Source: the human T2T-CHM13v2.0 reference genome, Homo sapiens
DNA: 64,000 bases
Reading direction: 5' to 3' (one strand)
Assembly (NCBI RefSeq): GCF_009914755.1
Contig: NC_060941.1
Below, piece by piece: positions 14,306 to 27,608 of this stretch (within the stretch, counting starts at the first letter, position 1; each line of letters opens with the position of its first letter). The position numbers and the translations under genes were made by a program. A model generated the notes under the pieces. The model was not told where the DNA came from and did not search any database. It worked only from the letters and a program-made list of their open reading frames with translations.

Positions 14306-15289
14306 CTAATTGATAAACTCTCTCCCACCTCATGTATGATCACTTTATGTTAATTCTCAGTGTGCTAAATACTAATTCCCACAAGTACCAAATTAGACAC
14401 AGAAGAAAAAAAAATCACGTTTTAAGGATTTTTGTTCCAAAAAAAGTTTTCATTAAATTGCTACAAAAAATAATACTTACTCTCAGTTTAGAAGCCTCTT
14501 GCCTGAAGGAGAAGATGACTTGGTCACATTTCAGCACTAGGGCCCAAGTCTCTAAGCAACTTTCCTCAGAAATGGTCACTGAGAAGCATTTCTCCCACAC
14601 TGTGTCAAAGGGCTGTTTAAAAATCTGCCCCAAGTGAGAACATTTAGAAATGCACACGCCTGTGTGTTAGGAAAGCCATCAACACTCTTGCAGAGCCATA
14701 TACCTGCCCTCCAGGGACCTGAAACTATTCCATTATACCAGAAACTCTGTAGAATGTAAATCCAGAGGCCTGAAACGCTGTATATTTTTCAGAAAGTACA
14801 AAGTGGAAGCCATTAATTCCATGGATTCACCAAATGAATGGATTGTTTCATCTGCATAAATGAACTGTCAGAAACAATGGCCACGCAGCACTTTTGCTCC
14901 CATTTCCCACAGAGGAAAAAACCATCTCCCAAATAAGGCTACATCTATTTACAAAACTTAAGCAAAGCAGCTTTTGCTGAAGACGGGAAAAAGGAAAGTT
15001 TGATTTATATTCTAAAACCTGGATGCCTGAATTCAAACAGCATGCATTAGAAATATACAGTTCAATTCTCTCTTAATACACAGAAAGATGTCAGCTCTGT
15101 CTTTAGAATGCAAATGGGAGCGTTCTTATTGCACATCTATGGTTATTTCAGCAAACTTGCAGGAGCACTTCTGTGTTGCATCTAGCTTTATTCCTTCTTG
15201 TCCCTCTTTTTAAAATCTCTTTCCTGAAATATTTTAACCCCTAAGACTTTGAGACACCATTCCCCTTTTTGCTGCCTCTCCTCTTGTTC

Positions 15290-15760
15290 TTTCATTATGA
15301 AATATTCAAAACACTCAGAATGTTTTAATGAAGAGTGAAATGTAAGAAACATCATTTTTACCTTTACTTACCCAGCATTCTGAAATCTTTGCATTTTTCT
15401 TAATTGTTTCAAATTTCATTTAAGTAGTAAATTGTTCTAACATTGCTCCTTGCACACCAGTTCCCCAAATTATTACACTTCTCCCAAAAGTTACTACTTT
15501 CCAAAATGTGGTATTCATTATTTTACTTCATGTGTGTATTTTTACATAGTATTTTTCAATGGTAGATACGGTACATATCCATATGTAACTTTTTTATTCT
15601 ATATTTATGCACAGCATTGAGTGTCATCAATATGTCACATATAGCCCTAAGTCATAATAACAGCTATATAGTACTTCGTTGAATGAATATAGACAGTTTG
15701 TCTAATTTCTCAGTGATAAACATATGCCTTCCTTTTCCATTATTTGCTTTTCTTCTTTTC
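15290..15760 (-). mobile_element. Old L1 (L1ME-like) fragment
   Basis: T-rich, resembles reverse L1 3' UTR. Confidence 0.45.
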
Positions 15761-16719
15761 ATCCATGATGACTTAGGACTTTTATGGACTGACTGTAGCA
15801 TTTTGTCTTTGAAGCGTTGTCTCTTTTGTCTTAGGCAGTAATAAAAAGTCATTTGTACCTATCTACTTCGGTTAACTATTCATGTTTTTGTTCCCTTAAG
15901 GTTTATTTGCATACTGTATTATGTATGATTTTTCTGCGATTATATTTCTTTGTTGTGAGTGTAGGCATAGAGCTTCAGGACAAGACTGAATCTTAGTAGT
16001 CATACAGTCCAATTTTCATTTTTTAAACTATGACATTGAAATCAAGAGGAGGTGAATGACTCACCTACAGACATACCACTGGGTCTCCTGGCTCCCTGTC
16101 CTTTCTTTATTCTTTTCACTGCACCAAACTACTGCTCATCCATTCAATTTTACAATATTTGTTTCTCAAATATTGTAAACATTCACAAAGAAAGCAGTTT
16201 CTCAAAAGGTCTAGCACATCTTACATCCTTCTCATCAGAGGAAGCTAGGCACTGTGGGAACATCCAAAAACAGTTCATGTCCTCAAAGACATTAAACTGT
16301 AAATGAACAACCAAAGAGAAATGAAAACATTACAGGCAACTATAGTTCTTATACGGAATTCAGCTATGACTGAATTCCAGTATCAAAGGCAGAGATAAGT
16401 CTTGTAGAAGGCAAAGAAGGTGAGATCTGACTGGGAAGGTGCTTGTCAGAGAAATGTTCAGAATAAGGCAAGATTAGAGCCTGTGCAGTCAAGGAATACA
16501 AGATCAGATGAAGAATATTAGAGGCAGGAGTTCCAATATCATCAAAGAAACAGAAGAGAGAAAACCACTCTTATAAATTTAAGGAACTTCTCATTACTTT
16601 TTTTTTCTATGAACTTTTTCTTCTTATTGACACCTTTATAGTGGAGGGCAGGCTTCTTGACATTTGGTTTCTACTATCTCTCAGTTTCTTGGAGGATCCT
16701 TCTTAACTGTTATTTCAAC

Positions 16720-17060
16720 TTTTGATTTTGGTGTAATGTTGAATTTATAAAAACTTTAACTGTGCAAGAATAGGACTCTTGTATGTCCTTTACTCATATT
16801 CACCAAGTGTTTATCTTTTCCCCACTTGCATTACCAATCTTTCTGTCTGCACAGCTATGTAATTTTGATGAACCTTAGAGAGTAGTTGGAGACATTATGC
16901 CACTTTATTGTACATGATAGTATTGTGTATTTCTTAGGAACGGGAATATTCTCTTACGTAACGCAAAATTATCAAAACATATTCAACAATCTCAATAACG
17001 TCCTTCATTGCTTTCCTCCCCCTTTATGCCAGTACAGGATCAAATCCTAGATCACACATA
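16720..17060 (-). mobile_element. L1MC-like 3' end fragment
   Basis: CCTTTACTCATATTCACCAAGTGTTTATC; GTGTATTTCTTAGGAACGGGAATATTCTCTTACGTAAC. Confidence 0.65.
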
Positions 17061-17119
17061 AAACTGCATAATTTATAAGAAAAACATTTTGCTTTGAGCT
17101 TCATTGATCTAGCCTTTTA

Positions 17120-17850
17120 TATAGCAATTATTGAAAATCTGTGAAGAGAGTTAAAGAGGCAATCCCTGTTCTCCACACACTCAAGCCACATGGTGAAGGG
17201 TAGATGAGTTATCTTATTTTAATAGATTACGATCTCTACTGTGAGAGTCATTGGATACTCTGCTATGATAAGGCTTCCAGGAAGAGGTTATATTAAAGCT
17301 GAGACTTTAAAAAGTAGAATACAGTAGTAACAGCTTTCCTTTCAAAAGTAGCATGTGCTAAAACAAAGTAGACTGTAGCGTATTTAGAGAACTGTAAGTA
17401 GCTCAGTATTTCAATGTAGTAGGGGCTATATGTGTATGTATGTGCATGCATGTGTAAGCACACGTGCATGTAGATTTGGCAAGGTTTGGTGATTGATGGG
17501 AGTTGAATTAGGTATAAGCTAGATCATAAAACACCTTCTATGTTATAATGTAAAACCAGATCCTGAAAGCAATGGGGAATTGTTGGAGAAATTTAAGCAG
17601 GAGGCCAATAAGATCTCATTTGATTTGCCTTGTCTGAAAGATTAGTCTGGCTGCAGTATTATGTGTGAATATTACATCAATATGGGTGAAAAATTACAAG
17701 GGCTTCAAAGAGGCAACACTGTCATGTAGACTTAGAATCTTTTAAAGAAGGAAAGTGGACAGAATCTAGCAATTGCTGAATGGGGATGGTGGGTAGTGGT
17801 AAGAGGGAACAGACTGTCTAGGAAGACTTCCCTGGGCTTCCAAGTCAGAC
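17120..17850 (-). mobile_element. L2 fragment
   Basis: GGCTTCCAGGAAGAGGT...AAAGCTGAGACTT; GAAAGATTAGTCTGGCTGCAGT. Confidence 0.72.
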
Positions 17851-18921
17851 CTGGACCCATTCTACAAAGGAAAACAGACAAAATCTATGATTTCAGGCCA
17901 TTGGAGCTTATTCTCCTAACATTCTCTCTATACTCTTTGGAAACATGGAAAAAGTACATATTCCTGAGTCCTGCCCACACAGTTCCTTGACTCTTATACA
18001 CAAGCTTCCTTGTCTTCTGGAGGAGACTTGGTCTGGTCTTGGTCCATGCTCCCTGGGTGATCTGGCCATCTCTCTTCTTGCAACTATTTCACCATTTCTC
18101 TTGAAGTAAGTAAGTAGAACGCCATCTTCCTTTCATTAATGCTTGGGCCTCATGTATCATTCTGCCACCTACTGCAGCTAGACTTTATAATAATATTCCC
18201 ACAAATATTTCGTATTTGGTGTTTGATATTCCTTAGACTGTTTATTCTTCCCCTTTTGCAAACCAATACGCCCTTTTCATAAACTTGAATACATTTCTCA
18301 GCCAAGAGCTTATTTAAAGATCTGAAAGTTTCTTGTAAAATTCAGACGTGAGCTCATTTATTCAAGAACACTTCCATTTCTCAAGGATTTAATGATGCCT
18401 CTTCCCCCACCCCCAAGTCAGTTGATTTTGTTTCTAAATCAGCAAATCACTTTCAACTACATCAGCTTAGGTAAACTTATCTTACTCTCTTCTGTCTGTT
18501 ATTGGGGAAAATAAATCATCTGACTATAATTCTAAAACACAGAATGAGTTAACATTATGTTATGAGGGTGGGAAGAGAATGGACAAATGTTCGAAGGAGA
18601 CCAATTGGAATGAAAAAGAGAAAGGAAGAAGGAAGACCAGAGGATGATTTTTTGCTTGACCTCACTCTTCTGAGTCCAAGTTCAATCCCTTCTCTTAACA
18701 TACGCATGCCTCTTTTTGAAATCTCAGCAGATTCTTTGCTTCGACTTCCACTTTAATGTATGATATGGCCCTAGATTTCTTTTTCAGTCTAGATATCATT
18801 AAATTCTAGCATCTCTAACTTCTGAGTGGGCTCTCAAAATTATTTATTGTTATTCTAGTAAATGCCATGTTCCATTGATTATTTCAAATCACTGACATTT
18901 TTTATTCCCAAATTAATATTC

Positions 18922-19790
18922 TTTTTAATTTACTTATATTATTTGACATACAAAACTGTACATAATATATACAACTTGATGAGTTTGGAGACAAGTATAC
19001 ATCCATGAAACCATCACTGCAATCTATGCCATAAATCTATCACCTCCAAAACTTTGCTCTTGCTCTCTTATTATCAGTAGTAGTAAGAATACTTAGCATA
19101 TGATCTACACTTTTAGTAAATTTCTAAGTATATAATACAATAATGTTAACTATAGGCACTATACTGTACAGTAGACCTCTAGGACTTATTTATCTTGTAT
19201 AACCAAAACTTTGTACCCTTTGGCTAATATCTGTCTGTTTCCCCTCCTCCCCATCCCCTGGCAACCACTATTCCATTGTGTTCTTCTATGAGTTTGACAA
19301 TTTTAGATTTTTCATATAAGTAGTATCATGTAGTATTTGTTCATCTGTGCCTGTCTTATTTTACTTGGCATAATGTCCTCCAAGTTTATCCATGCTGTTG
19401 CACCTGGCATGATTTCCTTCTTTTTTAGGCCAGATTATTTATATATATATATATACGTATATATATATATATATATACACATATATATATATATATACAC
19501 ATATATATATATATATATACATACACACACACACACACACACACATATATACACACATATATATACATATATACATACACATACACACACACGTATATCA
19601 TATATATACATATATATAATGTGATATATATATATTACATTTTTAATCTATTCATCTGTTGATGGACATTTAGCTTGCTTCCCCAACTTGCTATTGTGAA
19701 TAATACTGCAATGAACATTGGAGTACAACTATCTCTTTGAGATCCTGATTTTAATTCCTTTGGATATATACCCAGAAGTGTGGGATTGGA
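18922..19790 (-). mobile_element. L1MA10/L1MB1-like 3' end
   Basis: TACAACTTGATGAGTTTGGAGACAAGTATACATCCATGAAACCATCAC; TCTATTCATCTGTTGATGGACATTTAG; TATACCCAGAAGTG. Confidence 0.85.
19438..19635. repeat. Compound (TA)n/(CA)n microsatellite inside L1
   Basis: About 200 bp of mostly alternating purine-pyrimidine sequence. Confidence 0.95.
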
Positions 19791-21254
19791 AAATTCTATG
19801 CACATCTTCCTGGTATTTTTGCTTCTATTTATTTCTTAACTTTTGGGGAGGTTTCTGTTTTAGAAAGAGAAGTTGAAACATTAGGGATGCTTAGCTGCAA
19901 TTTTTTTCCAGAAAATTGAGGTGTTATCTCTGTCCTTGCCCTCTGTGTCAATCAGTCTTCCTAGGAGCTGTCTTCCTAAGTGCCATTTCCAGCCTAGGTA
20001 GAAGTTTAGCATAACTAAAATGCATTCAATATGTTCCTTTTTAATATTACATCCCACTGTGCCACTTATTGTCTGTGCAACATTAAGGCAGTCACTTGAC
20101 CTCCTTGGCTGCTGAATCATCATTTTTAAGTAGAAAGCTGTAAAAGATAAATGGGTCAAGGTTCTTTTCATTACTAAGTTTTAAGATTCTGTGAGGTTTT
20201 TTTCCTTTGTCTTTTCAATCTTAGTTTTGTGTTCCAGCTTCTATAGCTCCTCTGAGTTTCCATCACCCCTCTATCTATTCCAAAATACTGTCCTCACAGT
20301 GTTCCTTGGCGTCTTCCTAGACAATTTCCCTGAGGGCAAAGCAAGAATCATTTTCATGGTCATACTTGCCATTCCCTTCTCCATATTCTTCCCATTTCCA
20401 TATGAGAATATGCTTCTGCACCAAAGAGTACGGAGTTATTGTTCTTGCTGCCTCACTATGGGGGCCCCATTGCTTATCATGCTGTGTGTCTTGGGAAGAA
20501 AAACATAGCTGTGACTGTCATCATATCAAGCCAGACGTGGATCCTCAGCCAAGACAAGGGATTTTTAAAGATGGTGGAATCATAAGTACCCGAAGTGGAT
20601 TGAATAGTGAGCATGACGTTTAGTCCTGCAATAACATAGTTTTGGATGTACTTAAAGATGTATAGAGAAATTCTCATCAAAGCGTTTTCTGTGACAGTAA
20701 AAACTTAAAATTTATGTCCAACATTATAAGGCTGATCAATTCAATAAATTGCATAAAGGAGTTTGAGCTTTAGATGAAGGATTTGAACAGTCATTAAAAT
20801 GTTTGAGCTAAAAGTGCTCAGATTGGATTTTTGTTTTCGAAAGATTACCCTTTGGTGATAAAAACAATAATTTGGAGAAGGGCAGGAACTAGAAAATGTA
20901 GTGATACTGGTGGCCTTGACAATGTTGACGGAAGTGAATATGAAGAAGCATATTTGAAGACTTCAAGGAGAAAGAATTAGAAGGAATCCATGAATGATTG
21001 GATGTGGAAGTTGGGAGAAGGTTTCCACTAATCAGTCATACCATTTTTAAAGTCTTTCTACACCTTTTTTTCCTCTGGGCCCTTCATATATGAGCTTACA
21101 TCACTCACAGCACAGCCTCAGAAAATGTTATCAGAGAGAAAAGTTTGTCTGCAGTGTCACCATCTCCCTTTTCAACATTCTAGCTTCCTTTTCTCTACAT
21201 CTTCTCTGCCTCCTTTAAATTTAGACATCAGCATATTCTGCAGTTGTTGAAATC

Positions 21255-21488
21255 TGAGAATACAGAATTGGGAGTCCCTCAGGCCCACTTTTTAATTCAC
21301 TTCTGCCATTTTCAAACCATGATATTCGGCAAGTGATTTAACTCATTAAGCCTCAGTTTTTATTTATGTAAGCTAGGATAGTAGTGCATATTCCATAGGG
21401 TTATGATGAGTGAAATACATCATGCATTTATAAATTACCTAGCAATGTGCCTGGTCTAGAACATACTCTCAATAAATAATTGTTACTA
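21255..21488 (+). mobile_element. MIR
   Basis: GGCAAGTGATTTAACTCATTAAGCCTCAGTTT; CATAGGGTTATGATGAG; GTGCCTGG...CTCAATAAAT. Confidence 0.82.
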
Positions 21489-21819
21489 ACACAGTCTTAT
21501 CCAGGAATGAAAGTAGATAGCTTTATACCTTCAAATTATTTAAAATCAGATGGTTTTCTCTCTCAGGGATATTTGCTTTTCATTTTTGTCTCTAATGATG
21601 AAATGACAGATTTTTAGTTCTATTAGATACAATTATACCAAAAGCCTTAGGTAGAGAAGCCATTTTTTTAAAACTGGATTTATTCAATACTTTGTTATCA
21701 TATTCTCCCCAGTCTCCTTCGCCTTTGTAGACACAATCAGTCAGCACAATCTTATAAACAAGAGAGAACTGCTCCTGTTCCTTAAGATTTCTGGTTTGTT
21801 TTTTGACCAGGCTGCTGCA

Positions 21820-22035
21820 TCAGAGAGTGAAGGCTGAAAGAACCAACTTCCTCCTGGCTATGGGACCGTGGGAGAGATATCTGAATTTTCTAAACTTCAG
21901 TTTTCTAATCTGTATTCTCAGAACAACAATAGAACACTAGGATGTTAAATTGGATAATGAATAATTGGATAAGTACTTAGCATGGGATATGCAATGTAGA
22001 AAACATTAAATAAAGGCTTACCTTTTTATTATTAA
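21820..22035 (+). mobile_element. MIR
   Basis: CTTCAGTTTTCTAATCTGTA; AAGTACTTAGCATG. Confidence 0.6.
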
Positions 22036-22289
22036 TAGTATTACCTCTTCTAACTTTGTTGTATCACTTTACTCTTTTCTTTCTCTATGGCTACATATTT
22101 TTGACAATAGATATTACACATTAGTTGAGTAGCAACCTTGTAGAAACATTCCCAGATATATGTTAAAATATAATGTTGCAAATAAGCTTGATGAAGAAAT
22201 GTGAAATTTGCTGCCAGTTTTTCTCTATTGCTAATATTTTATCTTTATCTAGGCTTTTGATTTGCAATAATTATTCTTTTATGTTTGCT

Positions 22290-23570
22290 ATCTTCTCACT
22301 TATTATGACCATGTTTCCCTTTAAGTCCTTGATCATAAGTATAATAGCTGCTTTAAAAGTCTTGCCTGATTATTTTCAGTTCTGGGTCATCTTGAGATCA
22401 GTCTCCATCAATTGATTAATTTCCTCCCCACCACCACTTGGGAATCATATACATTTTTTCTTCATATATAAAGTAGTTTTGGTTTGTGCCCTGAAAATAT
22501 ATATATATATGTAAAGTAATTTTGGTTTGTGCCCTGAATATATATATTCAGGGTACAATAATGATTGAATTTATGTGTGTGTGTATGTGTGTGTGTGTGT
22601 GTGTGCATTATTTATTATAGCAAAACAATGTAGGACAGAATGGGTTCTTTTCCCCTTCTCCCTTCAACTCCTTCCTGGCTATAGCATACTCAGCTCCTTT
22701 TGGGACCAGGCACAGACCAAGCCAGGGTAATTTTATTTCTTAAGCAGGTATTACTTGAGTAAATTCAAACTTCAAATTGAATTCTAGGACTCTTGTTTTT
22801 CTTTCCAGCTTTAGCTAAGCTACTTGGGGTCTTCCTTGAGTATGTATGGTTCAGGGATCAGTTAGAAATGTGGGAAGAATTTAAACATAAAAATCAAAGT
22901 TTTCCCTTTCTAGGATTCTCCTCTCCCACTTTCTAGATGTTGTGACTACCCAGACCCTTTCCTCTGGCTTTCCTACTGGCTTTTTGAGCCAATATGACCG
23001 AGACGTGTGTATCTGAACTTCAGTTACTCCTATATTACAGATTGGAGTCTGCCCTCAGCCTAAAAACTCGTAAAAATAGGAAACTAACCCTATATGCCAT
23101 CATCATCTTTGAAATATCGACTTCTGGCCAGGCGCGATGGCTCACGCCTGTAATCCCAGCATCTTGGGAGGCTGAGGCAGGCAGATCACAAGGTCAGGAG
23201 TTCAAGACCAGCCTGGCCAGCATGGTGAAACCCCATCTCTACTAAAAATACAAAAATTAGCTGGGTGTGGTGGCGGGCGCCTGTAATCCCCACTGCTCAG
23301 GAGGCTGAGGCAGGAGAATCGCTTGAACCTGGGAGGCGGAGGTTGCAGTGAGCCGAGATTGTACCACTGCACTACAGCCTGGGCAACAAGAGCAAAACTC
23401 CGTCTCAAAAAGAAATATATCAACTTCTGCCTTTTACAATTTGCCTGCCTTTGGTCACTAGTATTCCCTTCACGTATTTACATTTTGTATATTGTCAAGA
23501 ATTCCTAGTTGTTACCTGTTAGAGGGTGGGTCTGATATGAGCTGCTAAGCCTTGCTGAAAGTTGAATTCC
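22290..23570 (-). mobile_element. Old L1/HAL1-like 5' region, interrupted by Alu
   Basis: ATAATAGCTGCTTTAAAAGTCTTGCCTGAT; TTGTATATTGTCAAGAATTCCTAGTTGTTACCTGTTAGAGGGTGGGTCTGATA. Confidence 0.55.
23126..23412 (+). mobile_element. AluS (Sg/Sq-like)
   Basis: Full dimer; TSD ATATCGACTTCT/ATATCAACTTCT. Confidence 0.93.
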
Positions 23571-23809
23571 CTAGTAATTATTTGTATGTTCCAAACAGAA
23601 TAAAAATCTACGTTGACTATTGTAAAGAGAAGTGAAAATCACCCACATTTTGTCACTCTAAAAGTTCACATTTCCCTCACTGTACTTCTTTCCACTTCTT
23701 GTCCATGAATATACTTTTAATTCATTCATAAGATTTCTATAAAAGTATTATACTGTTGTCTCAAATCTGCCATTTTGATTCTGTGTTCCACTCTCTATAA
23801 CACAGGCCA

Positions 23810-23940
23810 TGATGGGCATTTTCACTCCTGTTTTACAAATAGAGAAACATAGGTATGTACAGTATAAGCAATTTCTCTAAGGTTGTACAGTAAATCAGAA
23901 ATTTGAATGCAGATATTCTGATCTTACATTGGCTATTCTA
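23810..23940 (-). mobile_element. MIR fragment
   Basis: CCTGTTTTACAAATAGAGAAAC; ATTTGAATGCAG. Confidence 0.6.
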
Positions 23941-25589
23941 ACAACAAATAAGGTTTACACACAGAGAGAGACAGAGACAGAGAGAGAGAGCACACACACA
24001 AAATTCTCTTTCTTAAATCTTACAAAGGGGATTAGAATTCTGTGCTTATTTCATTCCAAGATTTATAGCCATGCTTATGAGCTTCTTGAGGCATGAGGGT
24101 AAGAGAGACCAAACAGGACAAGGCTTACTCTAATTCCAAGTACTTGAAATTCAGTTTCAAAAAACCCGTTACTTTTTCCAAAACATCCACAAAGTAACTT
24201 CTTTAAAAAGTTAACTTGGCTAGTGTTTCTTTACCTGTCCATTGCTGGTATCAAGTTTCCAAAAACTAATATACTGCATGCTTCCTACACACAAGCAAAT
24301 TCCAAAAGGAGCGGTCAGTGCCCACACATAGGGGATAGATTCCCAGCAGGGTGTATGTGTCTTGAATCTGTGCTTTTTTTAATGTGTGGGATTTGGAAAA
24401 AAGAATGTTGAAAATTTCTTTTCCACCATAACAGTTTAGGACTTTAAGTCATGTAGAACTGAGACAGCTATTTGCCATGCAATACAAACACGAGTGCCAG
24501 GGCAGCCCATACTTTGCCAATCTTAGCATGTCTTGAAAAATGCATTCGTTTGGAGATGTTAGTTCAAGACTTTATTATCCTCTGAGGCTTTTCTTGTAGA
24601 GAAACATACCCTTGGCTTTCCTAGGTGGTATGTTAGACCACCTTCTGTCAGGGAGAGTTAGACTGCTGAATAGTCAGTGCTAAGATGAGAGGTTGTTGCC
24701 GGCTCTTTCTTGTCAGGTTTAACCTAATCTTGTTTGATATTTCTTACAGAAAATTAGATGTATATAAAATATCAGGCTATGAGATTCTTAGAATAGTAAT
24801 GACACTTACTCTAATATCCCTTAGACTTTCTATAATGTTCTGTACACAATAAATATTTCAGAACTTCTTCGATGCCATTGAAATATAAAATCTGGAAAAT
24901 TTTTGAATATAGTTTTACCATCAAATTGAGGACCATGAGAAGTGTTTTATTTTCCAAATCCAACTGGTAAAGAAGAAATTATCAAACAAGAATGTTTACT
25001 GCCTACGAACTCATACTAAACTTTGTATCTATAAAAATCTTTATCAGTGCACCTTAGGTATTTTTTAAGCCAAACACAGCCTACTGCCTTAAAAGAAAAT
25101 TTTTACATTTTTAGCATGGAATACTTTTAGCATAGCATAGAAAAGATTAGCATGGAAACTTTTAAGTTTTAAGCATAGGATAATACTGTCTAAAAAGAAA
25201 AATATTTTGGTTTGATATCTCAGCCATTTTCCAGTGGGGAAAAATGAAAGACTTCACCAAACACATATTCATATGTTAAAAGACATGCAAATAACTTGAT
25301 AAATTACATGCCATTAACAGTTTGAAAGAAAAGGAGACTATAAAATCAGATATTAATACTATATTGCCACTCCAAAACAATATCTTTGCCTAAAAATAGC
25401 AATTTTCAGTGTATTCCTAATAACAGAATTCCTAAAATATGCTCCTAGGGAAATAATACTAGCAATTATTTTCAGGAAGCAATGCTTACTGTAGCTTCCT
25501 CCTTGAGACTCACAGTACATATTATTATATTAGAGGCTTTAAGAAGACCCATTCAGCCCATGACTACAGAAACAAGTTTTATTTTGTGA

Positions 25590-25740
25590 GGTAGTGTAGT
25601 GAAAGAAGATGGAATCTGAATTCAGGCAGAGTGGGTTCTCATCCCGGCTCAGTTACTTATTTGTGTAAACTTAAGTGACAATCCGTGAGTCTCTCAGTTT
25701 CATCATCTATAAAACGGGAAACAATTGTTACTTTAGGAGG
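25590..25740 (+). mobile_element. MIR
   Basis: GGGTTCTCATCCCGGCTC; GTCTCTCAGTTTCATCATCTATAAAACGGGAA. Confidence 0.78.
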
Positions 25741-25748
25741 ATCTCTCC

Positions 25749-25840
25749 AGCCCAGGAGGCAGATGTTGCAGTGAGCCAAGATCATGCCACTGCACTCCAG
25801 CCTGGGCAACAGAGCCAGACCCTCAAAAAAAAAAAAAAAA
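25749..25840 (+). mobile_element. Alu 3' fragment (end of right arm plus poly-A)
   Basis: CCCAGGAGGCAGATGTTGCAGTGAGCCAAGATC...CTC followed by poly-A. Confidence 0.88.
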
Positions 25841-26469
25841 TCAAAGGTATGTTATAGGATGGAGTAGTTCAAATAGCCTCTGACTGAGATGCCATCTTGC
25901 AGTTGGGCAGATAGGATTCCAGATCAGGAGTTCAGTGTAGGTTTGGGTGAAGACCAATAAGGAATCAGAGCGACGTCTGTTAGACCTATCACTCTATGAC
26001 CATGGGCAGGTAGTTATAACCACACTGAGCCTTGATTTCCACGTGTAGATAACCTGTGAAATACTGCTTACTTACTGTGACACCTAAATAAAATAATATA
26101 TAGTGATGCCTATAATATCAGTATCAATAATAACAATTATCTTGTTGCTTAGAAATACCATTTACTAAATATTTTAATTTATGGTGCAAAATGTTTTTTT
26201 CTGGATTAAAAATTCTTCAGCCACACAACTCCAAAGTGAGTTTTAAATTACCTTTTCAAATTGTGTAACATCCTGAGCCTCAATTATAAATAAGTTCTAC
26301 CACTCCAAGCATCCTACAGTCTTCATAATTGATTTGCAAATATTACATGATATAGTTATATAGACAAATATTCAATTTATTAAAAAATTATATCTTAAAT
26401 GTTAAATGTAAGATAAATAAATTTCAATCTTGAATTTATTTAAGTGTTCTCATTATATGAACATAATAA

Positions 26470-26715
26470 TAATAATAGGAATAGTAATAGCTCCCTCCCA
26501 TATTCACTGAGCACTTATTATGTGTTAGGTAGAAAACCTCAGGAAGTTTATTTCCTTTCTAATCCTCATAACCAGTGAACTAAGACAGTATTATTAGCTG
26601 CTTTTTACAAAATGGAAAGGATAACTCAAAGAATGCAGGTAACTGGCCATGTTTACATATATTTATGTGACAGAGCTGATATTTTTAGCCCAGTTCTGAG
26701 TCTCTTCCCTCCACA
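26470..26715 (-). mobile_element. MIR
   Basis: CACTGAGCACTTATTATGTGTTAGG; TAATCCTCATAACC; TTTTTACAAAATGGAA. Confidence 0.7.
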
Positions 26716-26790
26716 TCTGAAGGATCTGCCTGTTCATTAGACCAAGATGCATTACACCAAGACCAAGAAATTCAGTTGAAAGAAAAATCT

Positions 26791-27125
<335 letters not shown>

Positions 27126-27222
27126 TCATCGATAAGACAATCTAAACATAAATCAGCTTTGAAAAACGGAGGAAATTTTGTTCTTGAGAGGTAGGATTTG
27201 GAAGCACAGAGATGAGAAGGAT

Positions 27223-27608
27223 TGTTGCCAACTGAACTGTCTCTCCCCAAAATTCATATATTGAAGTCTTGATCCCCAGTACCTCAGAATGTAACCATAT
27301 TTGCAAATAAGGTCTTTACCAAGGTGACTAAGTTACGAGGAGGCCGTTAGAGTGGGGTCCTATTCCAGCATGACTGGTGTCCTTATAAGAAAAGAGAGAG
27401 ACATAAGGGATTGCCCACAAAAAGAGAAAAGACCATGTGAGAACTCAGAGTCAAGGGGGCCACCTGCAAGCTCAGGAGAGGGGCCTAGGGGCAACCAGAC
27501 CTTCTGGCACCTTGATCTTCAACTTCCAGCCTCCAGAACACAAATGTCTGTTGTTGAAGCCATGCAGTCTGTGGTATTTTGTTATGACAGCCCTAGCAAA
27601 CTAACACA
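27223..27608 (+). mobile_element. MLT1B MaLR solo LTR
   Basis: CCCCAAAATTCATATATTGAAG; CCTCAGAATGTAACC; GACTGGTGTCCTTATAAGAA; GCCCTAGCAAACTAACACA end. Confidence 0.88.

Noticed and set aside
14530-14550. REST/NRSE-like TTCAGCACTAGGGCCC
   Set aside because: Right half-site GGACAG not matched
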